A stretch of DNA of 64,000 bases from Fistulifera solaris (GCA_030295235.1 AP026126.1:992001-1056000), one strand, 5' to 3'. Positions 35,867-49,683 are shown, counted from the first letter of the stretch. A program made the numbers and translations. Notes: generated by a model from the letters alone, not told the origin.

Positions 35867-37893
35867 TCAGTATCCCATCTGGTACTGGGTTGGCTGAGCC
35901 GGGGGCGCTTGTTGTGGCTGAGTGGCCCACGGGTCTTGGGGTGGTTGCTGCTGGTACGAATTATAATACCCTTGCGGGTGAACCGGCTGTTGATAAGCCT
36001 GAGCCGGGGTGTGTGATTGCTCTTGTTGATAAGGAACCATTGACTGTGTGACTGGTAGTTGCTGGTAGGGCATGGATGGGGCTCCCGGATAAGTTTGCGG
36101 TGCACCGGCTGGAATCATTGCATTCTGATACGGCTGTCCAGGCATTGGGTATGTCTGCTGAGGCACCTGCCAATAACCAGGATTGGCGGCTGCAGGGGCC
36201 GGGGCACCATGTGTCGCTGCGTACGGTGCCTGATCATACTGAGGGACAGCCGATTGGGACGGGACGTCATCCCAATTGTTAACATCCAACAAATCAGCCT
36301 CTTCGCCAGGTTCGTCATCCTTCGTTTCTTGCGCGCGAATTTCGTCATCTCTTGATGTACGGTCGCCGTCTCGTCCATAGTCGCTGCCACCGTCTGAAAT
36401 TATAAAGAAACCTATTAGACATGTTGCTTGTTTATACGGAAACGACGAGTGTAACAGCAATCCAACTTACCACGATCCTTTTCTTCTTGAGTCGGAGGCC
36501 GTCGAACAGCACCGGTGGCTCGAATGCCACCGCTCAGAGGAGTATTGCGCATGCACTCTACAAGCGCTTCACGCAATTCATCGACTTCCTTGGGATTGTA
36601 AGATCCAAAAGCCGCAGCAATAGTTGGCCCATAATCCATCCACCGCTCCAGCTTGAACTGGCGCACCATTTTGTTGCCGTAGGCTTTCGTACGACACTGC
36701 GTCACCTGATATCCCCGCACGTTAGGTTTGTACAAATCATGAACAAAGTTGACCGCCAGTTTGATGAGAAAGTTGCGTTGCGTCTGATCATGATAGGGGT
36801 TGTTTAACCAGTCATCAAAATCCGCTTCGGAGCGAAAGAAAAGCATAGTGTGTGGTCCATAACGTATCCAGAAGACTTGTTTCCATTTCTTGATCACAAT
36901 CGTGCGAAACGAGATTCGCGCTAGTACATATCCCCGCTTTTGCACGAGTTCCGCCTTGGGAAGGGGCGAAGCACCCATCGGAGCTTCTCGTGCCAGTTCG
37001 GTGCTAAACTTGTTGCGCGGTGATCCGGCCGGAATTTCGTCATTGGCTGAAACATTTTCGACATTTCGATACGCGGGGTGCTCATCGGCTCGTACCGAAG
37101 GTGGTGCCTCACTTTTTGGCTGATAACGCGGCAAACTGGCGACATCAGTAGTCGGGACAGGAGCCGGCACAGGAGCCGGGACCGACGCTGGCTGCGGGGC
37201 ACCTCCGAAGAAATCAAGATCGTCCGCTGGCGGCGCGCTTTGCGGAGGAGGCGCAAAGTGTTGTCCGTAGGCTACAGGTTGCGGGGGAGGCGCGGCCTGG
37301 GGGGTATACTGGGCTGGCGTAGAAGCAGGAGGAGGGGAAGTAGCAAAAGGATCGAACGGATTTCCGCTTGGCTGGGGTTGACTGGGCGCATACGCTCCGT
37401 AAGGATTGCTTTGATTCTGAGCAACGATCAGCGCATTGTCGTAAGCAGGAGGCTGTTGAGCATACGGGTTGCCTTGGTACTGCGAAACAACTAAAGCATT
37501 GTCTACCGGTGATTGAGATGGAATTGCGGCGTACGGGGCGTATGCGGAAGGAGCCGGGCCTTGTTCGGGTGGAGCATAAGGGGACGTTTGCTGCCCAAAA
37601 GGATTCTGACCATACGGATTGTAGTTTGCGGGGTTAGGAGTTTGCTGCTGCTGCTGCTGCTGCTGAGGAGGAGGCGCTGCGAATTGCTGAGACGATTCAT
37701 AGGAGTAAGCTGAATAACTTTGCCCTGCAATACTCTGATTATCATGTTGCCCATAGGCGGATACACCAAACGGATTGCTCGGATGCTGCTGCGGTGGCGC
37801 TGTGTTTCCGCCGCCCGTTGAACCGAAAGGATTACCGGCCATGGGAGCTTGACTTTGAGCAGAATCTCCAAAAGCAAACGGATTATCGGTCAT
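35867..37893 (-). CDS. Pro/Gln-rich protein with NPF motifs and a PH-like domain, 2 exons
   Basis: KRGYVLAR..KKWKQVFW..LFFRS resembles a PH domain start. Intron 36470..36394 splices in frame. Confidence 0.75.
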
Positions 37894-38231
37894 GTTGCGG
37901 GAAAAAGGTTCTTTCGCGGTATGAAGGTCTTTTCTTACAACAAAGCTTCTCGTGGCAATCGCATGTCAAATATGCGTTGGGGCACCGTTTGCTTTTGGGT
38001 TTTTACGTAGGCGAGGAGCAGATTTTGACTGGACAACTGTCTACTATAGAGAACAAAGTAGAATTTTCGAATTGTACTTCGTGCTTTCCGCGCTGATTAA
38101 CCGGATTAATTTCGCGTGATGACAATACACCGTACCAAGCTTGAGTCGTACTGGTTTTGAGACAAAAACAATGGTTATTTAGCAATATTTTTCCAGCCAG
38201 ATCGCTAACTAAACACAGTTTCTGCCAGCCG

Positions 38232-38402
38232 TCGTGGTGAGCGGATTTGTCTTTGACGCGATGACAATGCTTTCAGCTTCATTTTTCAATGATTTTGTCT
38301 ATTATCCTTGCGGATCTTTACAATCCCGTATTTACTATGCTGTCAAAGTGAAGGCGACCTTTCTCCACGACTGCAATTCAGTCATGAACAAAAATTTTCC
38401 GA
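38232..38402. repeat. Third copy of the dispersed repeat seen at 1265-1552
   Basis: 38331-38402 aligns to 1265-1337 (GTGAAGGCG.CCTTTCTCCACGACTGCA..TCAGTCATGAA). Upstream CCTT.CGGATC...ACAATC..GTA matches 1463-1485. Confidence 0.75.
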
Positions 38403-38751
38403 GCCACGAGCCACACTGCCACACAAAAATTTCGCCATATCCGTAAATCACACTGCAATTAACCATCACATTCTTTGAGGCGCACGTATCGATCGATTCC
38501 GCCAAAAATATTGGAGATCGGTTCTTCAGTTTTACTATTCCAGATATCTAGACAGTCGTGAATGCTTTTAACCAAATACTTTTACTGAGCAACCTGATAG
38601 TAATTTGAAGGATGCAACATCATCTGTTGAATGCGGTACCAGTTAAGCTGTAACCATCCCAAATGCTGTAGCTAGCGCGGTAATGCTAAACTGGTTGAAC
38701 GTAGTCGCTGTGAGAATTGTTTGAGCCATGGCTAACCCATTTGTCAAAATT

Positions 38752-39225
38752 TCACGCGAACGTCCCGCCGTTCCCTAATTCTCCGTTAGCCCTTTTCACT
38801 AAAGTCTTTGACTGCACCATCATATCGATCAGAGCCCATACTTGTAATTCTTGGGGCGATTTACTACCATCGGAAGGGGGATTCTGTTCACTTTCCAGCG
38901 CCTCAAGAGCTTCTTTTCGCACTCGATCGCCCACTTCAATGAGTGTTTTATCAAACAAGTCAGTGAAACGTTTTGGGGCGCCATTCGGTTTGGCCAATGC
39001 TTCGCCGAATAATCCAGCCAATCTTTCGCGTCGCGACTGGTCCGTCGGCTCTAGTGAGAGAGAAAGGATCAGTGCTTTCATATCTTCTGTTTCGTTTTCC
39101 AAGTCAGACGCTTTCGTCAGCAGAAGCTGCGCAGGAAACCTGGTGGCGCTAAGATTTCGAAACGCAACTGAAACGTTTTCACAAAGAGCGAATGTAAAGC
39201 ATGCAATTATTCCTGATAGTCTCAT
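38752..39225 (-). CDS. Hypothetical protein, probably plastid-targeted
   Basis: Signal peptide ending SVA-F; helical core QVWALIDMMVQSK. Confidence 0.7.
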   Translation of the reverse strand: MRLSGIIACFTFALCENVSVAFRNLSATRFPAQLLLTKASDLENETEDMKALILSLSLEPTDQSRRERLAGLFGEALAKPNGAPKRFTDLFDKTLIEVGDRVRKEALEALESEQNPPSDGSKSPQELQVWALIDMMVQSKTLVKRANGELGNGGTFA

Positions 39226-39734
39226 TGTGAATGTAATTTTGATTATTTTTTACTATTTATCTTGAGCAGTCGATAGTATCGCTGTAGGCAAGTATCCCTG
39301 TTAAATTGTTTGAGAGAATAAAAAGGATAGCAGTGGCATCCGCGCTTGTTGTGCTCATGGACTCCAAACCTCAAAACAAAGATCCGCGATGCCGAGGAGA
39401 AAAAACCCGCGCTTTGATTACGTAGTATTTACCTTCTCAAAACTCAAAAAGTCATTCAGTAAACCTACTTAGCAAATTTGGGTACCGTAAGGATACGATA
39501 AATGTTTGCTCGCAACTTCCGCAACTCTTTTCGCGGACATTTTGAATACTTGCAAGGCACTATTACTATACCGACAAAAGATCTTTCATTAACTTTGAGT
39601 TTATAATTTAAGTCCTATCCACGTTGTAGGTTTCTACCCGAAGTGGACCGCTAGAACCTTACTCGCAACCGTTCAGCCAAAATCATCCCATTTCTTGGCC
39701 TCGTGGCGTCTTTTTCAAACACCTTAACCCGAAA

Positions 39735-41269
39735 ATGGCAGAGCTATTTGAGCCTCAGCCAAAGGAATGGCCAGAGGAAGTTGAGGACAAATACCAACGC
39801 TTTGAAGTTCTCGGCAAGGGTTCTTTCGGAATGGTCTGGATGTCACGAAGAACCAAAATTCCAGAAGACGAAAATGATGACGAGTTTGTGGCGATAAAAG
39901 AAATTAAAATCAAAGACGAAAAGAGCGAAGTGTACGCAGAACGAGAAATCTCAATTTTGTCGGAAATTAAGCACCCGAATATTATTCGCATGATCCGAGC
40001 GTACCCTGTTCACAAATGTTCTCGAGTAGTAGTGATGCAGCTGGCGCGAGGACCCAACTTGCATCAACTTGTGGTCAAAAGGGGCGCGCTAGGACTCCCT
40101 CTTGCCCGACTTGTAAGCCGAGAACTGATATCGGCTGTCTCTTATTTACACGGAAGAGCGGTTATTCACAGGGATATCAAGCCCAGCAACTGTATACTCG
40201 CGTGCAATGCTTTGAAACCGACAGAAAACTACGACTGGACCAGAGACAACGCTATATGGACTAGTAACGAAGATGCGGAACGTGCAGTAAGAGAAAAGCG
40301 ATGGAAACTATACCTTGTAGATTTTGGCTTTGCACGCGCTTTAGAAAAGGAGGAAATAGACACACAGACACGTCATCTACGAAACTCAATTCTTTTGAAA
40401 ATGCGACACCTACGGAGAAGCCCCAACCACTGCAAAGTGCCGAAATCCCGACCACATTTAGGAACATTCGAGATAAAGTAATTGCCGAGGATGATTCAGA
40501 GGCTTCGGACGACGAAGCCTTGGCTCAAATGGTGGAAAATGCAGCGTCGAAAATGAGAAATACATCGTTTACGCCAACCAACAATATTGAGGACGAAATC
40601 ATGGGTACCGGAGGCAGGCGGCAAAGACTTTCCGGCATTTCGATGCAAATTCCTGAGATTACGCCGAAGAATAACAAGCGCGTATCTCATGCTAGACAAA
40701 ACATTCGATCAATGAGTGCTCTGGGTACAAAAGCGTATGCAGCTCCAGAAATCAGAAAGAAACTCAGACACAAGACAGAAGAAGATCTCGGCAAAGAAAA
40801 CGCTGCATTAACAGAATGTGTAGCTGATTATGGAATGATCGTGGATGCCTATTCAGTGGGCTGGACTCTTCGAGTTGCGATAACTGGTGTCCCACCGAAC
40901 TTTACGTTATCCGAATACATGAAAGAACGTGAGTCCGTTGTTTTAGATAGTCAAGAAGAAGAAGAATTGGTTTCTTTAGGGTGCTGCTGCTTCTTCTCTG
41001 GAGCTGCGCAGCCGCTAGTAAAGGTTCGCGATCCATCGCAAATTCCCCGTGAAGCAATGCTGTTAATCACCAGTATGACCGAAAAGAAACCAGAGGATCG
41101 AATGACTGTTCGGGAAGCTCAGCTGCATCCTTACATTGCAGGAGGAACAGGGGAAGAATCATACAGTCCTCCTCAAGGGGACATTCCGTCTAACCACGGG
41201 GATCCTGTTGTTCCCTTGCTATGCGCTTCCGCACTTTCAAAGCTGACCATCAAATATCACATGACATAA
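39735..41269 (+). CDS. Ser/Thr protein kinase (frameshift near 40392)
   Basis: LGKGSFG, VAIK, HRDIKPSN and DFG in the first ORF; GTKAYAAPE, DAYSVG and PEDR in the second frame. Confidence 0.9.
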
Positions 41270-41661
41270 ACACAATTACGTGGCTTTCGCAATTCAGCCC
41301 AAAAATTTTCCGATGCACTGCGTTGAGGCAATTTTCCAGCTAAATTATCATATGCTGTAAGGTTATAAAAATGTTAAAGTGACAATTTAGCAGTTTAACG
41401 GCATGGCTGAGAAAGCTAAAGGCTCCCTACCGAGTTGTATGCGCACACGCAAGCGCGAAGAACCGTTTACATCAATGGGAACCCGGAAGTGAACACGTAC
41501 GAGAACAGAGCATATCAATTTGAAAGCCAACCAAAAACGACACACCAAAGAATAATTTGCGATCCATTCAATGATTAATTGCCAACGATATACTGCAAGA
41601 GTTTAAGCAAAGAATCGCTAATTTTTTGTTACACAGTCTGTCACATAACTGAATATAAATC

Positions 41662-43170
41662 ATGGTAGCGAAAAGGAAAAGTCGAAGAGAAGCAAGAATG
41701 TTGAAGAAGAGGAAGTCGACTATGCCGCAGTAGCTGACCAGTTTGCCGACCTTTCAGATCAAGATAGCGTCGAAGAGGAGGACGACGACGACGACGATGA
41801 AAACGATGAATCATCTAGTAGGAACAGTGCTGATTCAAACGATGAAATCGAGAATAGCGGAAGTGATGACGACGAAGAGGATTCGCAAGACCATGATGAT
41901 TCGGAGGGAGATGAAGAGAACGATGATGGCGAAGAGGACGACATCGTCAGAAAAATGACAACGAACTCGTTTGCTGGCACAGAACCATGTTCTTTCGATA
42001 TGCATAATTTGTTAGCCATTAACTCTCACCAGATGGACACATCGAAAATGTACATCAAAAAAGCAGGAAAATATAATGATGAAGAAGACATAACAATACC
42101 ACCTGAATCTTTGGATGTTGCCGTGAACGAGAAGTATCTTCTAGAGAAGGCTGCTTCCGGTTGCACCCAGCTCATTGCTGCCCTTTGGCAACTTCCGATC
42201 GAGTCTAGTGATATCGGTCCTATGGTATCCTTGCCAATCCATGATGGAAGTAAAATACCTCGTCAGCTGGTACGTTTGTGCTCACTTTTTAGATGCACTT
42301 TCCTCTTGATTGAACACCTCTAACGCCATTATACAGCCCCCACCACCACCCAAGAAAGAAACAAAATGGGAAAAGTTTGCTAAACTAAGAGGCATTTCAC
42401 TGAACAAGGAAAAGCGATCACAGAAGGTGTTCGACGAAGCTACTGGAGAATGGATGTACCGACATGGCTATCGAAAGGCGAACGATGACACGAAAGAGTG
42501 GCCTATTATGGAAGTCAAGGGTAATGACGACCCTTACGCTGATCCGTGGGAAAAGCAGCGCGAAGAGAAGCGTTCTCGCAAGGATAAGAATATGGAAAGT
42601 CGTATGCGAAATGAAGAGCGCGCTGGCAATCTCGTCAAAGGTACGACGAACAAACTTCTGAAAAACCGCGAAAAAGCCCGCATGGCCGGCAAGGCCGGTG
42701 GTGATCTTGATCGCTACAACGTTCCACCTTCTGGTGTCCCGGTAGACTTGAGGCCGACAAAAGGCAGTGGGGATATCAAGAGTATGAAACGTGGAAAAGC
42801 GTCCATCACGAACGCTTTATTGGCTACCCAGCGTTCTACGGCTTCGCTCGGAAACTTTGACAAGATGCTGGAAGGAGAACCAGAGCGGAAGAAGAATCAT
42901 GTCGGTGCAAAGAAGCGCAAGTACGAAGGAAGTACGGATAAGACGGTCATTTCCACTGAAGCTGAACGAGCCATGAAAGTGTTCAAGCACGTAGTTGATG
43001 GAGGCGGCGCGCAGAAAGAGAAAGCTCGACTGAAGGGCCATCTGGCGAAGGGAGAAACAGCTTACGATTATGAATTTAATGACGGCTTGGGTCCTTCCAC
43101 ATTTCAGAAGAAGAAAGGGCGTGCTGCAGCTGGCAAGATGAAGAAGATGACCAAGAAGCGCATCAAGTAG
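41662..43170 (+). CDS. RRS1: Ribosome biogenesis regulatory protein Rrs1 (indels near 41680 and 41952; intron 42270..42336)
   Basis: FDMHNLLA, TQLIAALWQLP, IPRQL|PPPPPKKETKWEKFAK, WMYRHGY and QRSTASLGNFD; acidic N-terminus. Confidence 0.88.
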
Positions 43171-43272
43171 GAATGATGTTCTCGTCTTAAGACTCATTCG
43201 GGTACTGAGTCTCTAGAAATACCTTTGAAAGATTTTTATGACGTACAGCTATGATGCAACTAGTTTAGACTA

Positions 43273-43703
43273 TTATTTCAGTATTTTCTCCCATGTCATG
43301 ATCTCTGGATGGCGTTCGAGAATTTCGCAAGGCAGTGCGCTAGCATCATTCATGGCTTCAATGGTCTCGAAATCGCCGACAAACTCTACGCTCTCCTCAC
43401 CTAGCAAGAAAAATTGAGGGTAGGTTCCTCTTCGACCGCTGATGCTGAACAGCTTATTTCGGCTAACAGAAACAAAAGCGTAAGAGGCCACGTCCAAGAC
43501 GACAGGATTGCCGGGACACCAAGCGTTCAGTACACTTACGTCTCACGATTTTCCGGATCTGATCCATCAATGGTTTCGTACGGTATACCTCGCCCTTCTA
43601 AAAGATGCATGGCTCGCTCCTGATTTTGGCGTTGAGCTCTGTTCATGCCCAGTCCAGTCATCAGCATTACCACGCACTTTCGATGTTGTTCGTTCTTCGC
43701 CAT
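43273..43703 (-). CDS. SH3BGR/glutaredoxin-like small thioredoxin-fold protein, 2 exons
   Basis: MAKNEQ..NQERAMHLLEGRGIPYETIDGSDPENRET|RNKLFSISGRRGTYPQFF..FVGDFE; intron 43539..43463. Confidence 0.75.
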
Positions 43704-44346
43704 TGTAGATTATTGTTTGAAATGGGTGGTAGATAAACGAGTTGAGTAGTATGAGAACGAAAGAAATAAATCGTGTTGTATCTCTCCGAGCTGTTCTCGA
43801 AAAGTCGTCGTCTCTCACCTTTTCGTAACAAAAGGAGTGGCCTGTGGCCGTCGCAAGAAATAGATAACGGAGAGCAATGATTTTACTACCAGGTGTATGG
43901 CCAACTGGGTATGCGGGCGCGCTTCAACGGACCTCCATCGAGCCGGTATATTCCATTCTGTTCTCATGACTAAAAATCCGAAACCAATCCTGCCTCTTGC
44001 CTCTTGGCTCGTGGCTGTAAAACTCGGAATGAGAGCATTGTCGGCTGCATAAGCAAATGTTTGACTTGTACGTGTACGTCATGGTTCACTCTACTCTTGT
44101 AAACAATACATTGATACTCCAAATCAAACGCAAAAGGCAATAACTTGTGCTGCATGCACGAAGCATCGCGTCAACGTCTCATGATGCGACGGGACCGAAA
44201 CAATGATGACGTCACGAAAACGTATTGTTCTCGTCCGCTGCCACTCCTTCATTTTACGTTGATCTTTTTGCTGCACATCACTTTCTTTCCTCTTTCGTGT
44301 ATTCAACATTGGGAAATAAAAAATCTATGACCGCCATTTATATAAA

Positions 44347-45498
44347 ATGATAAAGCAAATGATGAGCGCATCCGCATTCCGAAAACTTTCGACGGAGTTT
44401 CTCTTGCGGCGAAACCTAAGCTCGGAAACGGCTGTCAAAATGACCAAGCACGCTTCTACCCGCGTAGACCGGCTTGCATCGCTCCGTGCTCAGCTAGCCA
44501 CTGATGACGCTACTATTGACGATTTTGCTAAACAAAGTGAAAGGCCCGTACGAAGAAAAGCCGCGCCTCGGAGTAGTAAAGTCCTCCCTAAACCGCGTTG
44601 GCTCAAGGCAGCCCCTGCCACCTCCGATAATTACAAAGAACTCCGCAACACTGTACGTGAATTAGGACTAGTTACTGTTTGCGAAGAGGCACGCTGTCCG
44701 AACATTGGTGAATGTTGGGGTGGAAGTGACAGTGAAGTCGCCACCGCAACCATCATGATCATGGGAGACACGTGTACAAGAGGATGTCGCTTCTGCTCGG
44801 TGGCTACCAGTCGTAACCCGGCGCCACTGGACCCCGAAGAGCCCGAGAAAGTGTCGACCGCTATCGCCAAGTGGGGTCTCGACTATGTCGTGCTGACCTC
44901 CGTGGATCGCGACGACTTGCCCGATCAGGGTTCTCAACATTTCCGTTCTGTAGTACAGCGATTGAAAGAAAAGAAACCTGGTTTATGGGTAGAAGCGCTA
45001 ACTCCTGATTTTCGCGGTGATCGCGACTTGATCCGTGCCGTAGCAACCTCGGGCTTGGATGTTTACGCACATAACGTGGAAACAGTAGAGGATCTGACGA
45101 GTCGTGTTCGAGATCGACGTGCCGGTTACCGTCAGTCGTTGGATGTCTTGGAGTATGTGAAGAGTCTTCCGCTTGAGAAAGATGTCATCACAAAGACCTC
45201 GCTCATGTTAGGACTCGGAGAAACGGACGAGCAAGTCCGGCAGACTTTGCGAGAATTACGAAGCGTCTCCGTCGATGTGGTGACATTCGGACAGTACCTG
45301 CAACCAACGAAGAAGCACTTGGCCGTGAAGGAATACGTGACGCCGGAAAAATTTGAGGAATGGCAGAAAGAGGCCGAGGCTTTGGGCTTTTTGTACGTAG
45401 CATCAGGTCCGTTGGTTCGCTCCAGTTACAAAGCGGGGGAATTCTTCCTCAAGAGTCATTTGAAGCAAAGACAGCAACAACGCGAAGCGGCAGTTTAA
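44347..45498 (+). CDS. LIAS: Lipoyl synthase, mitochondrial
   Basis: [28 protein letters not shown] and GPLVRSSY; Arg/Ser-rich presequence. Confidence 0.97.
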   Translation: MIKQMMSASAFRKLSTEFLLRRNLSSETAVKMTKHASTRVDRLASLRAQLATDDATIDDFAKQSERPVRRKAAPRSSKVLPKPRWLKAAPATSDNYKELRNTVRELGLVTVCEEARCPNIGECWGGSDSEVATATIMIMGDTCTRGCRFCSVATSRNPAPLDPEEPEKVSTAIAKWGLDYVVLTSVDRDDLPDQGSQHFRSVVQRLKEKKPGLWVEALTPDFRGDRDLIRAVATSGLDVYAHNVETVEDLTSRVRDRRAGYRQSLDVLEYVKSLPLEKDVITKTSLMLGLGETDEQVRQTLRELRSVSVDVVTFGQYLQPTKKHLAVKEYVTPEKFEEWQKEAEALGFLYVASGPLVRSSYKAGEFFLKSHLKQRQQQREAAV

Positions 45499-45594
45499 AT
45501 TTTACCAAAAGATACGCTTGCTTTTGAAATTCATATCAACTGTTTTAAACGTCAATAAGTCTTATTTAAACTGTCAAATATGATTTCGCTATTG

Positions 45595-46750
45595 TTACAG
45601 TTCTTCGTTTTTACCGGAACTTGATCCGTCGCCCAAAATCGCTCTGATCGCTTCTTTTTGTGCAGCGGAAAGTTCATCCGGGAAATCAACTTCAAACGTC
45701 AAGTACAAATCACCAAATCCTCTACCATTGCGTCGTGGCATTCCCTTTCCATGAACTCTTAGGACGTGGTCGCAATCGGTCACCTCGTTGACGTCTACAG
45801 TGAACTGTTCCCCATCCAAATGGGTGAGTGTAATGGAAAATCCGGTCAAGGCATCCACCAAAGGAATTTCCATTGTTTTAAAAAAGATCATCTCTGTCTC
45901 TGTGGTAGTCAGCGTGTGGCTCTTCGAAAATAACAAAATGAAGATCACCGGGTTTGTAGCCAGGACGTTCATCAGTGACTCCTTCAAACGTAATTCGTTC
46001 TCCAACACGAAGGCCGGCGGCTACTTCGATCGTCAAGTCGATCGACTCGGATTGAGTCCTTTCCGGGCAAGCTTTGCAGTTCGGATTCCACATTTTCCTT
46101 GCGCCACACATTTCTCATCTGCTTGTTGCACTGTCTGAACAAAACCAGGCGCAAGCTGCTGTCGAATCACGCGGACACCAGGTCCGTGACATTCTGGTGC
46201 CTGTTTGACACACATCTCCCACTGCAAGCAAAGAACTTGGCGCACGTATTTTACTTCGAGTGTCTTTCCGGAATAGAGTTCATTAAGTGTCAAGTGAAGA
46301 GGGATTTCGACTGATGGTGTCGTTTGCTCCTGATTGCCGCGACGACGACCTCCCCACCAAAGTTAAACATTTGCTCAAAGATGTCATCGAAACCCCACCA
46401 CCTCCGCCTCCACGCTGTTCGTGTCGTTTCAATCCCTCCTCGCCGTGACGATTGTAAATGTCCCGCTTCTCCTGGTCACTTAGAACTTCGTAAGCGTAGT
46501 TGATTTCCGCAAACCTTTCCGATGCTCCTTCTTCTTTGTTTTTATCGGGATGATATTCCAGACTCTTTTGCCTATACGCTTTCTTGATCTCCTTGAGAGT
46601 CGCATCTCGAGAAATTCCGAGCAGTTTGTAGAAATCGGCCGCCGAAACGACTTGCACGAGCGTCAAAAGGAGAAGGCATTTCCACCACGCCGAAGCCGCC
46701 GCAGTGCTGTTACCGCAGCCTCTTTTCGTGGTTTTTCTCGTGGGAAACAT
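45595..46750 (-). CDS. ER-lumenal DnaJ (ERdj3/DNAJB11-like), several frameshifts
   Basis: Signal peptide, J domain with HPD, G/F region, [23 protein letters not shown] and [18 protein letters not shown]-terminus is NEEL; fragments lie in several frames. Confidence 0.88.
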
Positions 46751-47126
46751 GAGTAAATCTTCTAGTAAGTGCTTCGTTCTTCAATGACTGGATATCTTTT
46801 GCCCTCGATGTGTTGTGCCTGTGCCGTGTGATGTTGCGCGATGGTTTTCGTTTCCTTTTGCATTTTGCTGGACCGGTGCGGGACTCGAACAGTCATAAAA
46901 AATCGCGTACAAAGAGTTCGTGAATTACCGAAGCGGCCACGTGGAAGTTTCGGGTTTCACAAATAAGGCACTCCTGTCGATCCGGTTTCAATTCAAAGGT
47001 CCGTTATTATGTTCCTCTGTTCTGCCGTTGCCGTTACCTGGTAATGAAAACTGAACACGATTTTCATCAAAACGCATTACCAGGTACACATGCAATGATG
47101 CCAATCATCTCGACTGTTACCCAACG

Positions 47127-48249
47127 ATGGCGCAAAGATATCGTCCCAATGATCTCACTATAATCTTTGTGATTTTCGTCACAATCGGTGGGCTTTTCCA
47201 GACGTATGTTTCGGTGCTAACTTTGCCTAGAGTATTGGATGAAAAGACTCCAAGGTCATATCTTTCGATTTCGAAGTACAAGGAGTATATTCCTGCTTCG
47301 ATTGAATCTTTTGATCGAAAATGCAGTTAAACTGGGCTATCATACGAGTGGGCCGCAAGAAGGGTGCCGGATTTGGAAAGATCCGGAAGCTACATCAACA
47401 ACTGTTCATTCTCAACTGCAATTGTTCTTTGAAGATTTGAATGAATACAACACACTCGTGGACGAATTCAAGCCACAGTTTCTCGACTTGCGCACACAAA
47501 TCAACGAAACTAGTCGCAACGATTTCTGTCAGACCGTTGAGCTTCACAAGAATGGTTTAATGGCTGTATTTGAGAAAAGTCAGCAACTTTCGCTGACATC
47601 TGCTGGCTACGTAGAACCATTACTACCTCCCATGCGCCACCCCTCCTTTTGTGATATTGGATACAAACGACTTCTTGATCTCAATTACATGGTCCATGAT
47701 TTCGGAGCCATGTGTCGCAGTCTCAAACAAACGTCGCGCGTTGTTTTGGTTGACATGGGCGCTTCGTTGCAGTTTCATGGAAAACGAGGCAGCCCGGCCA
47801 TTTATCTAACCGATCTCTACGAACGATTTGGTTTTCCATTCGATCATATATACGCCTTTGAAATTAAAACGAAAGATCCGGGTGAAGTCTTTCGACTTCT
47901 TCCCCCCAAACTGCTGTCGGCCTATCACTGGATCAACGTGGGCGTGTCTCCAGAACCCGACCATCCGCTCAATCCATTCACCATTCTCAAACAAAAGTTC
48001 AACAAGGACGATCTGATTATTGTGAAGCTCGATATCGATACTCCAGCTGTTGAAATGCCGCTCGTCCGGCAGCTTTTGGGAGACGACGAAGTGATCGAAC
48101 TGGTGGATCAATTCTACTTTGAACATCACGTTCAACTGGCCGAAATGAAGCCCTACTGGGGAAAGCAAGTCGAGGGAACCGTAAAGGATAGCTTAGATTT
48201 GTTTCATGAGCTTCGACGAAAAGGCGTGGCGGCACATTTTTGGGTATAA
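47127..48249 (+). CDS. Type II membrane protein with FkbM-like methyltransferase-fold domain (frameshift near 47310)
   Basis: N-terminal TM segment, then VLVDMGAS, IYAFE, IVKLDID and VDQFYFEHH. Confidence 0.7.
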
Positions 48250-48691
48250 TCATTGTGGTCGAGCGAGCTAATGCGCTTTTTTTTGCATTGTTGTCATAGA
48301 AAGAAACGAAGTAAGCGTCATTAATCATTACTGATAACCTTAGATGCCGCTCCCGGTCATTATATTTCATGTCGATAGTGGAATACCAGGTATGGGTACC
48401 GTTACCTGTAGTCTACTTAAAGTAAAATAATAATGAATGTGTCTTTCGTGATTCGTGATTCTTCATTCGTGATCTGCCCGTCCATCCTCCGCTAGTAAGG
48501 CTCCACGTGTGAAAAGATCGTGCGACTTCTTGACAAACTTTTTGTTCAACTTCAACCAAGACAAACCGCAACCGCGCAAAAGAAAAGCAAGCGACAGAAT
48601 CAAAACGGTTGACCTTGGTCTATTTCGCAATCAGCTGCAGTTTACTACTACCTATACTGTTCGAAGAGAAGCCAATAATCTTCAACTCACG

Positions 48692-49374
48692 ATGTTTTTG
48701 CTACGATATCTCTTCAGCTTTTTCGCCCTCCTGATCCTCTCCGTCGTGACATCGGCCGATGATGTCGCCATCGGCTTGGAAGGTCTCAGACAAGCTGCTG
48801 CTGATCCGGCCATGTTGGCTCAATTGATGCAAGATATGCAAGATCCTGAAATTATGGCTGAAGCCAAGAAAATGATGGAATCTCCCGAATTTCAGAAACA
48901 AATGAAGAAACTTTCCCAGTCGAAAGAATTCAAAGACACGACGAAGCAGTTTGAACAGAAAATGAACGACCCGAACCACGCCGCCCAAATGGAAGCGAAA
49001 ATGGAGCATATGATGAAAGTAGGTCAAGAACAATTGAAGAAGAATGCCATGCAGGGTGTCGAGGGTGCCATGGCGGCCATGAACGACCCCCAGGTTGTGG
49101 CCGAAATGAGCAAGATGTTGAAAGATCCCAGCTTTGCGAAACAATTGAAAGAAATGCAGAACTCTCCCGAGTTTCAACAATACGTTAATGCGGTACGTTC
49201 GATCTCTTGCAGTTCGTTTCTTGATTTATAAAGCAAATCGATTAGTCTCACAAACGATGGTGGCCATCCACTAACCTTGCGTTCATCTTTCACCAGATGC
49301 AAGAGATGTTGCAAGACCCCGCAAAGAGAGCTCAATTTGATCGTGCAAGTGAGGCTGTCCGAAGCGCGCTGTAA
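48692..49374 (+). CDS. Secretory-pathway STI1/DP-repeat domain protein, 2 exons
   Basis: Signal peptide and repeated M-x-DP / SPEFQ Met-rich helices; intron 49193..49276. Confidence 0.8.
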
Positions 49375-49683
49375 TTCCATTGTAGGTCTTGCACATGGAG
49401 TGAGAATGGCGTTGCTGGCGTAAACATGTCGACTTTAACTCATAAGATATCTCCCCAATCCATCCGTTTGGCAACAGTGTTGTATGTTGTATTGCTTGAC
49501 TTTCATTTGACGTGTTATAGTAGACTAGAAGGCGGACTTTGAGTAGTGTGGTCACCTTTTTACGCGAACGAGTGACTAGCGATTCGGGACTAGGTACTCT
49601 ACTCGATAGAGTAATAATGTCGTCCGCTGAGTTGCGAAATAGCAAAACAAACGTTCTTTTTTCTCTCACAAAAAATTGACACA

